The notes beneath the pieces are model-generated. The model saw nothing but the letters and a program-made list of their open reading frames with translations. It searched no databases and was not told the DNA's origin. From NCBI GenBank assembly GCA_965214605.1, contig OZ243961.1:1152001-1216000 (forward strand): a stretch of 64,000 bases of DNA, read 5' to 3'. A program made the position numbers and the translations under genes. Positions 29,645 through 40,103 of this stretch are shown here, piece by piece. Position 1 is the first letter of the stretch; the number at the start of each line of letters is the position of its first letter. Source of the stretch: an uncultured Candidatus Binatia bacterium. GTDB taxonomy: Bacteria; Desulfobacterota; Binatia; Bin18.

Positions 29645-30417
29645 AGCCTATGCAGACGGTTCGTACTCAGATTTCCCTCAGTGCGGAGTTCTTGGGGGTA
29701 AACTCGTGTGTCTGCAGCCGCTCTTAACATTACACTCGCCGAATACACAGTCACCTCGTGGCTTCTGGCCGAGTCTCTCGAAGCGTCGGCCGTTCGAGCT
29801 CAGTCCGTCGGAAGGCACTGCTTATCGGCAGCGAAGAAAGCTCGAATGAGCGGAGAAACGGCTGGTGCCGGGAAGCACCGCCATTCCGCGACGGCAGGCT
29901 TGAGTCTCTTTGTGGACAGCTCAGCCCGCTATGCCACTGCTGAGGGCACGACCAACAAAATGGACGTGCGAAGCGGCTTCTGACACTGGACGAACGGCTT
30001 GTTTCAAACGCTCACGTTTCGGTTGAGACTTGGCGTCTCATCCGCCATTTTATCCCCACCTAATACGGCGGAAACCTTTAGCGCGAACCTCGAAGCCGCG
30101 CCTGTATCAGTATAGAACGGCTCGACATGCCGCGTCTCATTCACCACGACAACGATTTTGCCATCTGTCTGAACTACTGAGGTACAAATGCTGTCTGGAA
30201 TACCTCATAGTCATGCAAGCGCGATAGAGACTAGGCCGGGCTAGCACGGAAACTGCTGCCCAACCTCATACTGGACCTAGACGTCGACCCGGTAGAGGAG
30301 CAGTGACGGTCGACCAAGTCGACGCCTACCGGTCATCTCCTTAATAGAAGGCAAGTGGCCCTCGATCGTTTTGCCAATTGACTCAATCTCGCTCTTACGG
30401 AGAATCCGTAAACCGGC

Positions 30418-30484
30418 TTGACACATGGACCGCAATAGTCATAATCACAGTATCCCCTTAATATCTATAGAATTAGTAGATATT
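30418..30484 (+). promoter_or_regulatory. Sulfite reductase promoter and operator AATATCTA-N9-TAGATATT
   Basis: TTGACA-N16-CATAAT (30418-30445); perfect 8-bp inverted repeat at 30460-30484. Confidence 0.75.
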
Positions 30485-30498
30485 CACGGAGGCTATGG

Positions 30499-32325
30499 AT
30501 GGCAAACGGAACTCAAGAAAGCCCGTCGGCATCTCCAGAGGTGAAAGTCGGGACGCTAGACAATCCAGAGATTTATCAGAACGTTCCCGGCCACGTCATT
30601 CCCATTCTTGAACAAGAATTCGACGACTTTGACACTGAGACCCAAAAATTTCTGAGGGCTGAGGCAGAGGCGGGGGTTTTCATGGGCTTCCGCCTGCGCC
30701 AAGGCGTGTATGGCCAGCGTCAACCAAACGCTCAAATGCTTCGGGTCAAGCTCCCCTTTGGCGGGGTGAGTCCGGGCCAGTTCGACGTCTTGGCCGATTT
30801 GGCCGAGCAGTACGCCCCGCTCAAAAAAGGTCATATTACCACCCGCCAGAACGTACAGTTTCACCATATCCCACTGCTCGAGGCAGCCAAGGCCCTTCGC
30901 ATGCTGGGCACTCACGACCTGTCCACCCGCGAAGCGTGTGGTAACACTGTCCGCAATGTGGTGTGCGACCCGTTTGCTGGGGTGGCACCGGGGGAATTGT
31001 TTGACCCTACCCCGTATGCCGGGGCCCTGGTACGCTACTTTATCCGCAACCCGCTCACCCAAAATTTGCCCCGCAAATTCAAGGTGGCGTTTTCCAGCAC
31101 TGATCAAGACCTAGGGGTTTCAGGTATTCATGACCTAGGCCTTATCCCCCGGATTAAAGATGGCCAAAAAGGCTTTGAGATCCGGACTGGGGGCGGCACC
31201 TCTATTATGCCCAGGATCGCCTACTGCCTGTACCCCTTTGTGTCGGTCAATGCCTATCTCAAGGTGGCCGAGGCCATAGTGCGTATTTTCAACCGGAGCG
31301 ATGAACTGCGCGTCAACCGGGCCCGGGCCCGCATTAAGTTCCTGATCGACCGTATCGGGATTGATGCGTTCCGTGAGCAGGTCGACAAAGAAATGCAGGG
31401 GGACTGGGTAGCGGAACGCAACTTTGATCCTACGCCGCTCCAGTTTATGGACGAGGAAGAGGCCCGGGCACCCGAAAAACCGGCCAATCCCGGCAGCCCC
31501 AACGGTGACCAACAGGCTTTCAACGCCTGGCTCACTTCAAATGTCCGGCCCCAGCGTCAGACCGGATTTTCCACGGCCGAGGTCAAAGTGTCGCGCGGCG
31601 ATCTGAGTCCCGAACAGTTTCGGGGGCTGGCCCAGATGATGCGCGATTTCAGCGGTGGTAACGCCCGGACCACAGACGAGCAAAATGTCATCCTACGCTG
31701 GGTTCGCAACGAGAGTCTGTACGATGTCTGGACCCGACTCACGGCTCTTGACTTGGGCCAGGCCGGGGCGCGGCAGATCACCGACGTGGTCAGCTGCCCA
31801 GGGACCGAGAGCTGCAAGCTCGGCATCACCAACTCAATGGGCTTGGCAGCTGCGGTACAGCAACGCCTAGAAGATCTCCAGATCGACGATCCCCTGACCC
31901 AACAGCTCCATATCAAACTGAGCGGTTGTCCTAACGGCTGCGGACGGCACCATATTGCTAATATCGGCTTTTATGGCGCAGCCATGAAGTTCGATGGACG
32001 TCAAGTGCCAGGCTACATCATCATGCTCGGCGGGCAATACGACGACGGCCGCCCACGCATTGCCCGGCGTTTGCGGGTCCGGGTGCCCTCAAAACGCGCG
32101 CCCGAGGCAACCGAGCGTTTTATTCGCTATTACCAGGACGAGCGTCAGGACGGCGAATCCTTCAACGCCTTTCTGGACCGAACCGGGGTGGAAGCCTTTG
32201 AGGACCTGATTAGAGACCTATCCCTGCCGGTGAAATTTGACAAACAGCACAAGGGCGATTTCATCGACTGGAACCGCTCGGCCCTGTACAAGCTGGAGCG
32301 GGGAGAAGGTGAATGTTCAGCCTAA
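30499..32325 (+). CDS. sir: Ferredoxin-dependent nitrite/sulfite reductase (siroheme, 4Fe-4S)
   Basis: FRLRQGVYGQRQ, TTRQNVQ, ACGNTVRN, LPRKFK, SCPGTESC and SGCPNGCG; upstream of cysH and cysK. Confidence 0.9.
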   Translation: MANGTQESPSASPEVKVGTLDNPEIYQNVPGHVIPILEQEFDDFDTETQKFLRAEAEAGVFMGFRLRQGVYGQRQPNAQMLRVKLPFGGVSPGQFDVLADLAEQYAPLKKGHITTRQNVQFHHIPLLEAAKALRMLGTHDLSTREACGNTVRNVVCDPFAGVAPGELFDPTPYAGALVRYFIRNPLTQNLPRKFKVAFSSTDQDLGVSGIHDLGLIPRIKDGQKGFEIRTGGGTSIMPRIAYCLYPFVSVNAYLKVAEAIVRIFNRSDELRVNRARARIKFLIDRIGIDAFREQVDKEMQGDWVAERNFDPTPLQFMDEEEARAPEKPANPGSPNGDQQAFNAWLTSNVRPQRQTGFSTAEVKVSRGDLSPEQFRGLAQMMRDFSGGNARTTDEQNVILRWVRNESLYDVWTRLTALDLGQAGARQITDVVSCPGTESCKLGITNSMGLAAAVQQRLEDLQIDDPLTQQLHIKLSGCPNGCGRHHIANIGFYGAAMKFDGRQVPGYIIMLGGQYDDGRPRIARRLRVRVPSKRAPEATERFIRYYQDERQDGESFNAFLDRTGVEAFEDLIRDLSLPVKFDKQHKGDFIDWNRSALYKLERGEGECSA

Positions 32326-32362
32326 ACTCTCACCAGCAGCCGAATGGACGGAGGAGACCCCT

Positions 32363-33151
32363 ATGATGGAGCACCTCGGTCTGGATGAACAGGCCATTCA
32401 CGCCCTAGCCAACACCTATGAACACCGCGCGCCCCAAGACGTACTGAGTTGGGCTTCAGAGCGCTTTGGCTCACAATTGGCGCTCTGTACCAGCTTTCAG
32501 GCGGATGGCATGGCTATTCTCGACATGGCCTGGCGGATTGATCCCACAGTCCGGGTGTTCACCATTGATACCGGACGGTTGCCGCAGGACACCTACGACT
32601 TGATCGACACCGTGCGGAAACACTATCAGATTGAAATCGAGGTCTATTTTCCGGATGCTACCCAGGTCGAGAGCGTGGTCCGACGCCACGGCATGAATCT
32701 GTTCTACCAGGACGTGAATTTGCGCCTGCTGTGTTGCCAAACGCGCAAAGTCCTGCCGCTGCGCCGCGTCCTGTCCTCGCTCGACGCCTGGGTTACCGGT
32801 TTACGTCGCGATCAGCTTAGTAGTAGGGCCAACACTCAAAAAGTCGAGGCCGACCATGACCACGGCGGGATTGTGAAGATCAATCCGCTGGCCGACTGGA
32901 CCGAGGAACAGGTCTGGGACTATATCCGGGCCCACCGTGTTCCAACCCATCCGTTTTATGATCAGGGCTATACGAGTATCGGCTGCGGTCCGTGTACTAG
33001 GCCGATCTCAGCTGGTGAAGACCAGCGGGCCGGACGCTGGTGGTGGGAAAACGGTGCACTCAAAGAGTGTGGCATGCACTGTGCGATTGAGAGCGGGCGC
33101 TTTCAGCGCGAGTACAACGCCGTTCAGAACCGGGATGGAGAAGGGATTTAG
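32363..33151 (+). CDS. cysH: APS/PAPS reductase with Fe-S-type Cys motifs
   Basis: DTG, CC..RKV.PL, TGLRRDQ, KINPLADW, SIGCGPCT, RAGRWWWE and ECGMH. Confidence 0.93.
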   Translation: MMEHLGLDEQAIHALANTYEHRAPQDVLSWASERFGSQLALCTSFQADGMAILDMAWRIDPTVRVFTIDTGRLPQDTYDLIDTVRKHYQIEIEVYFPDATQVESVVRRHGMNLFYQDVNLRLLCCQTRKVLPLRRVLSSLDAWVTGLRRDQLSSRANTQKVEADHDHGGIVKINPLADWTEEQVWDYIRAHRVPTHPFYDQGYTSIGCGPCTRPISAGEDQRAGRWWWENGALKECGMHCAIESGRFQREYNAVQNRDGEGI

Positions 33152-33265
33152 GCCGAGCCTGCCTCTCCTATTTTTTTCTTCCTCCTCTGGTTGGACAGCC
33201 TGCACTTGCGAGAGGTTTGCACTTGCGAGTACACTGGGGTGTCATCCAAAAGCGTGAGGAGCGCG

Positions 33266-34195
33266 ATGGCACGCCTATTCAAAGACATCACCGAGACTAT
33301 TGGTCACACCCCATTGGTCCGTCTCAACCGGGTGACCCACGGTTTGCGTGCTGAGGTGTATGCGAAGCTAGAGTTTTTTAATCCGCTCGGTAGTGTCAAG
33401 GACCGAATCGGCTACAATATGATCGCGGCGGCCGAGCGGGACGGCAAGATCAGCCCAGACACCGTGATCGTCGAGCCAACAAGCGGGAATACCGGTATTG
33501 CGCTAGCCTTTGTGTGTGCCGCGCGCGGCTATCGTCTGATCCTGACCATGCCGGACTCGATGAGTGTAGAGCGCCGCAGCCTGCTGCGTCTGCTAGGTGC
33601 AGAGCTAGTGCTGACCCCGGCCCAACAGGGCATGCCGGGCTCCATCCGCAAGGCCGAAGAAATCGCTGCAACACTGTCCAACACTTTCATTCCCCAACAG
33701 TTTGAAAACCCGAATAATCCAGAGATCCATCGACGCACGACCGCCTTTGAAATCTGGGACGATACAGACGGCAGGGTCGATATGCTAGTCAGCGGAGTGG
33801 GCACCGGCGGGACGATTACCGGCGTGACCGAGGTGCTCAGGGACAAGAAGCCGAGCTTCCAGGCTGTTGCCGTCGAACCCGACCGTTCAGCCGTGCTGTC
33901 CGGAGGGCCGCCTGCCGCGCATCAAATCCAGGGCATCGGCGCGGGCTTTATCCCGACCATTCTCAACACCGACCTGATTGACGAAATTGTCCGGGTCAAA
34001 GACGAAGACGCGCTAGCTACCGCGCGGCGAGTGATCAAGGAAGAGGGCATCCCGGCCGGAATTAGCAGCGGAGCCGCGGTGTGGGCAGCCCTTCAGGTCG
34101 CAGCTCGTCCGGAAAATGCCAACAAGCTGATTGTGACTATACTGGCCAGTTCGTCGGAACGCTATCTCAGCACCGCGCTGGTAGAAGAGGAGTGA
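33266..34195 (+). CDS. cysK: Cysteine synthase A
   Basis: [29 protein letters not shown] and ERYLST. Confidence 0.95.
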   Translation: MARLFKDITETIGHTPLVRLNRVTHGLRAEVYAKLEFFNPLGSVKDRIGYNMIAAAERDGKISPDTVIVEPTSGNTGIALAFVCAARGYRLILTMPDSMSVERRSLLRLLGAELVLTPAQQGMPGSIRKAEEIAATLSNTFIPQQFENPNNPEIHRRTTAFEIWDDTDGRVDMLVSGVGTGGTITGVTEVLRDKKPSFQAVAVEPDRSAVLSGGPPAAHQIQGIGAGFIPTILNTDLIDEIVRVKDEDALATARRVIKEEGIPAGISSGAAVWAALQVAARPENANKLIVTILASSSERYLSTALVEEE

Positions 34196-34223
34196 TCCTC
34201 TCCCTGCGGGTCTTTCCACAGGC

Positions 34224-35135
34224 TCATTTCTTTACCACCAGCCGATAGACCTTCCGTGCTATCTCGGTTGCATTTTCAAAGGCACCCGTCTGACCCATGT
34301 CTGTGATCTCGCTATAACGGTCCCGAATCTGCTCCGGACTCGGCACCCGGTCTGTTCCAAACACGACACCGGCAGCCTCTCGGACCTCGACCTTGGCATA
34401 ATAGCCTGCCCCACCCTCAAGAATATGCCCCGAGGCCTCGTTCTCCGGGGCACATAGCCAGGCGACCGCAGCAGTCACGAATTCTGGTTGGCTGACCTTG
34501 GCAAATTCGTCCGTCATCGCTGCTCGTGACATACGGGTGACCGCTATCGGAGCGATGGCGTTGACCGTGATGTTGTAGCGGCGGCCCTCTTCTTTGAGCG
34601 CGTGCATAAAGCCAATCAGCGCCATCTTCGCCGTGCCATAATTGGTATGGCCGTGATTGCCGTACAGACCAGCCGCCGACGAAGTCATCACAAGTCGCCC
34701 AAAGCGTTGCGCGCGCATAATCGGCCAGGCCGCGTGTGAGCAATACACCGCGCCCATCAGATGTACATCAATCAAGGCCCGAAAATCATCAAGATCCATC
34801 TTGGCAAAGCTTTTGTCACGGACGTTACCGGCATTATTGATCAGCACATCGACCGTGCCAAAAGCGTCCAGAGCGGTCTGAATAATCCGGCGACCGCCCT
34901 CCTTGCTGGCCACCGAATCATAATTGGCCACCGCCTCACCACCGGCTGCCCTGATTTCATCAACAACGCTGTCAGCCGCCGCGGGCGAGCCGCCCGTCCC
35001 ATCCACGCTGCCGCCCAAATCGTTGACTACCACTTTAGCCCCTCGCGAGGCCAGAAACCGGGCGTGACTGCGGCCCAGTCCGTTGCCTGCCCCGGTAATT
35101 ACCGCCACCCGCCCGTCAAAACGAATATCACTCAT
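34224..35135 (-). CDS. SDR oxidoreductase (hydroxyacyl-CoA dehydrogenase MFE-like)
   Basis: TGAGNGLG, VVVNDLG, NNAG and YGTAK. Confidence 0.92.
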   Translation of the reverse strand: MSDIRFDGRVAVITGAGNGLGRSHARFLASRGAKVVVNDLGGSVDGTGGSPAAADSVVDEIRAAGGEAVANYDSVASKEGGRRIIQTALDAFGTVDVLINNAGNVRDKSFAKMDLDDFRALIDVHLMGAVYCSHAAWPIMRAQRFGRLVMTSSAAGLYGNHGHTNYGTAKMALIGFMHALKEEGRRYNITVNAIAPIAVTRMSRAAMTDEFAKVSQPEFVTAAVAWLCAPENEASGHILEGGAGYYAKVEVREAAGVVFGTDRVPSPEQIRDRYSEITDMGQTGAFENATEIARKVYRLVVKK

Positions 35136-35304
35136 CAGTCTGCTCCTTTTTCCTCTTCAGACTTGCCCCTGCTATAGCAGAGCCGAAGAGTGGGAGACAG
35201 GCATTGCGCGTCCAGGCCCCACGTTCTAATGATGGGAGGAGACATGTCACGCCACGTCTCAACATCCTCCCCTTCCCGTACAGCTGACTCCTAGGATTTT
35301 CCAT

Positions 35305-37005
35305 ATGAAGATGCTCGGCTCGCAACTGGCTTACTTTCTGGACGACCGGGAAATGCGCCGGAATATCGGGGCTCTGCTCAAATTTACCGCCTTTTTGTTT
35401 GGCACGATTATTGTGTTCGCGGTACTCTTTCACTTGATCATGCTCTACGACGAGGGTCAGAACCACTCGTGGTTAACCGGACTCTACTGGACCCTAACCG
35501 TGATGAGTACGCTCGGCTTTGGCGACATTACCTTTAGTGGGGATGTCGGACGCCTGTTTAGTATTGTGGTCTTGCTGTCAGGCATTGTCCTCTTGCTCAT
35601 TGTCCTGCCATTTACCTTTATCCGTTTCTTCTACGCTCCCTGGCTCGAAGCCCAGGTGCGGTTGCAGGCGCCGCGTGAAGCTCCGCCGCAAACGCACGGG
35701 CATGTGGTGATCTGTCCGTATCATACGCTTGCGCCCGGACTGATTGAGCGGCTGCGCCTGCACGACATTCCCTACTACATCATTGAACCCGACCTTAGCG
35801 TTGCCACCCGGCTACACGCGGCCGGTGTCTCGGTCATCACCGGTGAACTCGATAGTCGTGAGACCTACGAAAAAGTCCGTGCCGCGCAGGCCCGCCTGAT
35901 TGTGGCCGATAGTGCCGACACGACCAACACCAATATTACCCTGACCGTCCGAGAGATTGCCGCCGAGGTGCCCATTCTGGCCACTGTTGAGGACGAGGAC
36001 TCGATCGATATTCTTGAATACAGCGGCTGTAGCCAGGTCTTACCCCTCAAGCAGCGCCTGGGGGAGCGTTTGGCCAATCGGGTTAACACCGGCAATGCCG
36101 AGGTCCACGAGATCGGCCATTTCAGAGACCTGCATGTGGCCGAGTTTCCTGTCCATAATACACCCCTCGCCGGCCGCACAATCCGAGACACCGGCCTGCG
36201 CGAGGCGCTTGGCGTCAATATCGTCGGGATGTGGGAACGTGGACGCCTGGTGCCGGTCTCACCAGACACCTATCTGTCCAATACCAGCGTGGTAGTCGTG
36301 GTCGGCAGCGCCGAACAGATGCTGGAGCTCAACACCTTGCTGGTCATTTACGATATCAACGATAATCCAGTCTTGGTCATTGGCGGAGGGAAAGTCGGCT
36401 TCGCCGCAATCAAGGCCCTGAAAGACCGAGGGATACAAGTCCATTTGATTGAACATGACGAATCCTTACAAGAGCGACTCGCCTCTCTCCCGGACAAGCT
36501 CATCATCGGCGATGCGGCCGACCGGAATGTCCTGAAGAAGGCCAAACTGGAAGATGCGCCCGCAGTGCTCCTGACCACAAATGACGATGCGATGAACATC
36601 TACCTGGCGGTCTACTGTCGCCGCCTCAATCCCGAGCTGCGTATTGTGAGCCGTATTACCCACGAACGCAATATTGAAGCGATCCACCGGGCCGGAGCAG
36701 ACTTTGTGCTGAGCCACGCCTCGCTCGGGGTTGAACAGGTCTTTTCGCTGCTCCAGGGCCACGAGTTGGGGGGCTTGGAAGAGGGGGTGGAGTTATTCAC
36801 AGTTTCTCTGCCGCCTTCCTTGGTGGATCTGAGCCTGGTAGAAAGCAAAATCGGATCCCAGACGGGACTAAACGTTATCGGTATTCAGCAGAACGGGCAG
36901 ATTATGACCAACCCGCTTCCGGCCACAATCCTGAGGCAGGGCAGTGAACTCATTATGTTGGGCAGTACCCAGCAACGTCAGGCCTTTATTGAGGCGTTTC
37001 GTTAA
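35305..37005 (+). CDS. Potassium channel protein with tandem TrkA-N/C (RCK) domains
   Basis: Pore motif TVMSTLGFGD, GGGKVG Rossmann motif and AGAD. Confidence 0.9.
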   Translation: MKMLGSQLAYFLDDREMRRNIGALLKFTAFLFGTIIVFAVLFHLIMLYDEGQNHSWLTGLYWTLTVMSTLGFGDITFSGDVGRLFSIVVLLSGIVLLLIVLPFTFIRFFYAPWLEAQVRLQAPREAPPQTHGHVVICPYHTLAPGLIERLRLHDIPYYIIEPDLSVATRLHAAGVSVITGELDSRETYEKVRAAQARLIVADSADTTNTNITLTVREIAAEVPILATVEDEDSIDILEYSGCSQVLPLKQRLGERLANRVNTGNAEVHEIGHFRDLHVAEFPVHNTPLAGRTIRDTGLREALGVNIVGMWERGRLVPVSPDTYLSNTSVVVVVGSAEQMLELNTLLVIYDINDNPVLVIGGGKVGFAAIKALKDRGIQVHLIEHDESLQERLASLPDKLIIGDAADRNVLKKAKLEDAPAVLLTTNDDAMNIYLAVYCRRLNPELRIVSRITHERNIEAIHRAGADFVLSHASLGVEQVFSLLQGHELGGLEEGVELFTVSLPPSLVDLSLVESKIGSQTGLNVIGIQQNGQIMTNPLPATILRQGSELIMLGSTQQRQAFIEAFR

Positions 37006-37229
37006 CTCTCGGTCCCATACCAAGCACAGCGATCCGCTTGCGGTTCTCAGCACTACTAGTGCGCCGTTGTAGCCACAGTTTTTCAATACGCCCCCTTTAC
37101 AGAAATCAGTGGCTCGTCCCGAGGCATACGTCACGACGCACCTAGAGGACGGCACTGCTCCACTTCCCAGCACGGGACAGTCAACCCCTCTGTCAAGCAC
37201 ACAAGGCAAACGGGAAACACACTGGTCCA

Positions 37230-38860
37230 AACTTACACAGATCAGTTCTCACGGCTTCTCGTTTGGGCTGTGGGTCTTTTGGGATATTGGCGCGTCCGTG
37301 TACTCCGTTCCAGACATTCTGTATGCCAAGGGGTCGCTGCCCTCACCCCCATTTTGATTGCGGCTACAGTCTTCGGTTTTATTCCACTCGCCCTCAAATA
37401 CCAGGAGATTTATTGGCGTAATCCAGAGGGAGGATGCGTCGTTTCTGTCGCCGCCAAAGCCCCCACTCCTCGCTAGGAGGTGTGGGGCGAGTTTCTGATT
37501 CTGGTCTCCTGTTTCTTTCCTATTGTAATTTCCACCGTTTCAGGTTTGCACTACCGAGCGACACTGCTCCCGTTGATCAAGGACACCGTCATCCCCTACA
37601 TCGTTATTTGTCTTAGCGTTCCTAGCAGCCCTCAATATTATCGGTATTCGCGAAAGGGCTATTCTGTCACTAATCATGACCAGAGCGCGGCATTCGCCGT
37701 CGATTCGGCGCCACCTTCATCGCTCTTGGCCCACCAGAGCGAGACAGCTTCACCCAACATCTCCAGCGGAGCGCATATCACTGCGAAATTTCCCGTCGAT
37801 TTCGCTGGTGCGATGTTCCTAGTAATTATCTCTATCCTAATCACCTCTCCCTATGCGCTCGCTATTCTCGGTTGCTCTCTTGCCAGAAACCCTTACGTTG
37901 CACAAAGCAGAGCGTTTTATCCCGGCTCCAGGCGCGATGTAGGGCGGCTTTCCGTCAAGCTCACAGGCATCAGCACGGCCTCGGTCTTGCGCTTGTTTGC
38001 TGCAAACACCGGAATTATCAGCGCCTCCCATATCTTTTTAGCCTTAGCCAACGGCGGCTTTCTTCCCCAAGCTATTCCGCAGCGGAATCGACAGTTTGGG
38101 TCGCCACATCTAATGATTGGCTACGCTCGTGCCAATCAGTGTGGTCATTGCTACCAAGGCACAGCTAGGTCTCCTCGCCGATATGTATGGGTCTGCTTGG
38201 AGCGTTTGTCATGAGTTCCGCTGGGCTGGATGTCATTCGCCGGCACCGACGTGAGCGCGGTGCCAGATTTTGGCTCGGCCCCTTCACTAGTCTTATCCTT
38301 GTGGCCTGGAGATGGGAGAATTTCGGTTACAGCTTAACAAGGCTGGTTTTCTGACCCGTGGTGTCAGGTTCCGTTTATCGTCCGACCTCCCAACGCGTCC
38401 CAGAGGCAGAGTTTGAGACTGAAGAAATTCCAAATTTGATCAGTCTGAGTAAGGCGCGACATCATTAGCCTGTACCCGTCCTAGACGCTGGTTGCGATGC
38501 GGGGGCACGACCAAGGTCTCCTCGAAGAAGTCCTCACTCGGGAAAAAGGACTGGATGGGAATGCCCTCTAGGTGCTGTACGTGGAAGAGCAGCCAGCGAG
38601 GTGCACGACCTGAGTCAGGAGAGTCGTGAAACCCTGCGTTTTGCGGCCACTATTGCGTAACGTCACGGTTTGAGATCATCCGGGTTGGGACGATGGCGTA
38701 TAACGTAGCTGAAACCATCACCCGCGCCGCTCAGGTTTTAGAGGTCGATACGGTCATGTTGGGGGCAGCCAGCGCAGTGCTGTCTATCATCTGCTGCGGA
38801 GACATGTGGTCAACGGGTTCGACCTGACGGCTGCCCCGGAGCTGTCATTTGCTGTTGCTG
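37230..38860 (+). pseudogene. APC-family amino acid permease with a C-terminal USP-like domain, heavily degraded
   Basis: Fragments: WDIGASVYSVPDILY; ALKYQEIYWRNPEGGCVVSVA; FAANTGIISASH...LPQ...RNRQFGSPH; LLADMY; MAYNVAETITRAAQVLEVDTVMLG; SAVYHLLRRHVV. Confidence 0.75.
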
Positions 38861-38871
38861 AATCTGGACCG

Positions 38872-40080
38872 TCAGCTCAGAGAAGGAGAGGTGGGCGCTA
38901 CAGGCGTTTCCTCAAGAATTTTCTTTAGCCCCCGTAACAGCCGTCGGATTGCCTCGCCCGCCACCTCTTCGCTCAAGGCCCCATAGGCTACCCGCAGGTA
39001 ACAGCCATTGGTCAGACCAAACGCGGTGCTGGGTATCACCGCCACCCGATGCTCCTGAATGAGCCGCTCAGTCAAGACCATCGGGTCCAGAGCGGTTCGC
39101 ACCCGCAGCAAAAAGTAGAATGCGCCGTCGGACCGTGGCAGGCTGATCAGCTCAGGGAAAACGTTCAACTCCCCTAGTACAACCTGGCGGGTCGCGGTCA
39201 TAGCTCTGAGTTTGTCTCGACAATAGGCCGACCCGACGCGCATAGCGGCCACAGCCGCGTGTTGGGACACGACTGGCGGGCAGATCACAATCGTATCCTG
39301 GGCCTTTTTAATCGCCGGATACAGGTGTTCTGGCACGACCATCCAGCCGATACGCCAGCTGGCAAAACCGTAAGCCTTGGACAGTGAGTAGAGCGAGATA
39401 GTGTGCGGCCAGCTGTCCGCTAGCGAGCCGGGCGAAAAATGCCGCGCCCCATCATAGGTGAAATACTCGTACGCCTCATCGCTGATGTGGTAGATGCCAG
39501 CCTGGCGACACAGACGGTTGACCTCCCGCAGAGCGGATTCGGGGTAGACAACGCCGGCCGGGTTGTTGGGGGAGACCGTCACCACAGCCCGGGTCCGATT
39601 GGTGATAGCATTGCTGATGGCGTCGAGGCGGAGTTGATAGTTCTCATCGGTCGGCACGCACACAGCTCGGCAGTTGACCATACCGACCGCCATCTCATGA
39701 TTAAAATAGTAGGGCAGTGGCAAAATGATCTCATCGCCCGGATCAGTGATCGCCATCAGGGCGTTCATAAAAGCCATATTGCCCCCAGCCGTCACCACGA
39801 TACGCTGCCCATCGTCCAGCGCCATACCGTTCTCCTGGCGTAGTTTGTGGTCAATTACCTCCAACAGCGGATCGATACCCTGAACAAGCTTGTACTTATG
39901 GTTCTCCGGATTCGCCTCAAAGCGGCGGACGGCTTCAAGTGCTGCGGGCGGTGGGCCGTAGTAGGCGACGCCCTGGCCCAACGACAACGTCCCGGGGGTG
40001 GCGCGAATCAACTCGGCGACCACTGGGATGATCGGCGACTGAACCGCCCGCATCCGCCGACTTTCAGCTAGCTTTTGCAT
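38872..40080 (-). CDS. PLP-dependent aminotransferase class I/II
   Basis: SLGQG, SPNNPAG, SDEAYE and SLSKAYGFASWRIG. Confidence 0.93.
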   Translation of the reverse strand: MQKLAESRRMRAVQSPIIPVVAELIRATPGTLSLGQGVAYYGPPPAALEAVRRFEANPENHKYKLVQGIDPLLEVIDHKLRQENGMALDDGQRIVVTAGGNMAFMNALMAITDPGDEIILPLPYYFNHEMAVGMVNCRAVCVPTDENYQLRLDAISNAITNRTRAVVTVSPNNPAGVVYPESALREVNRLCRQAGIYHISDEAYEYFTYDGARHFSPGSLADSWPHTISLYSLSKAYGFASWRIGWMVVPEHLYPAIKKAQDTIVICPPVVSQHAAVAAMRVGSAYCRDKLRAMTATRQVVLGELNVFPELISLPRSDGAFYFLLRVRTALDPMVLTERLIQEHRVAVIPSTAFGLTNGCYLRVAYGALSEEVAGEAIRRLLRGLKKILEETPVAPTSPSLS

Positions 40081-40103
40081 CTGGAGGGTCTCTCCGCGGT
40101 CGA

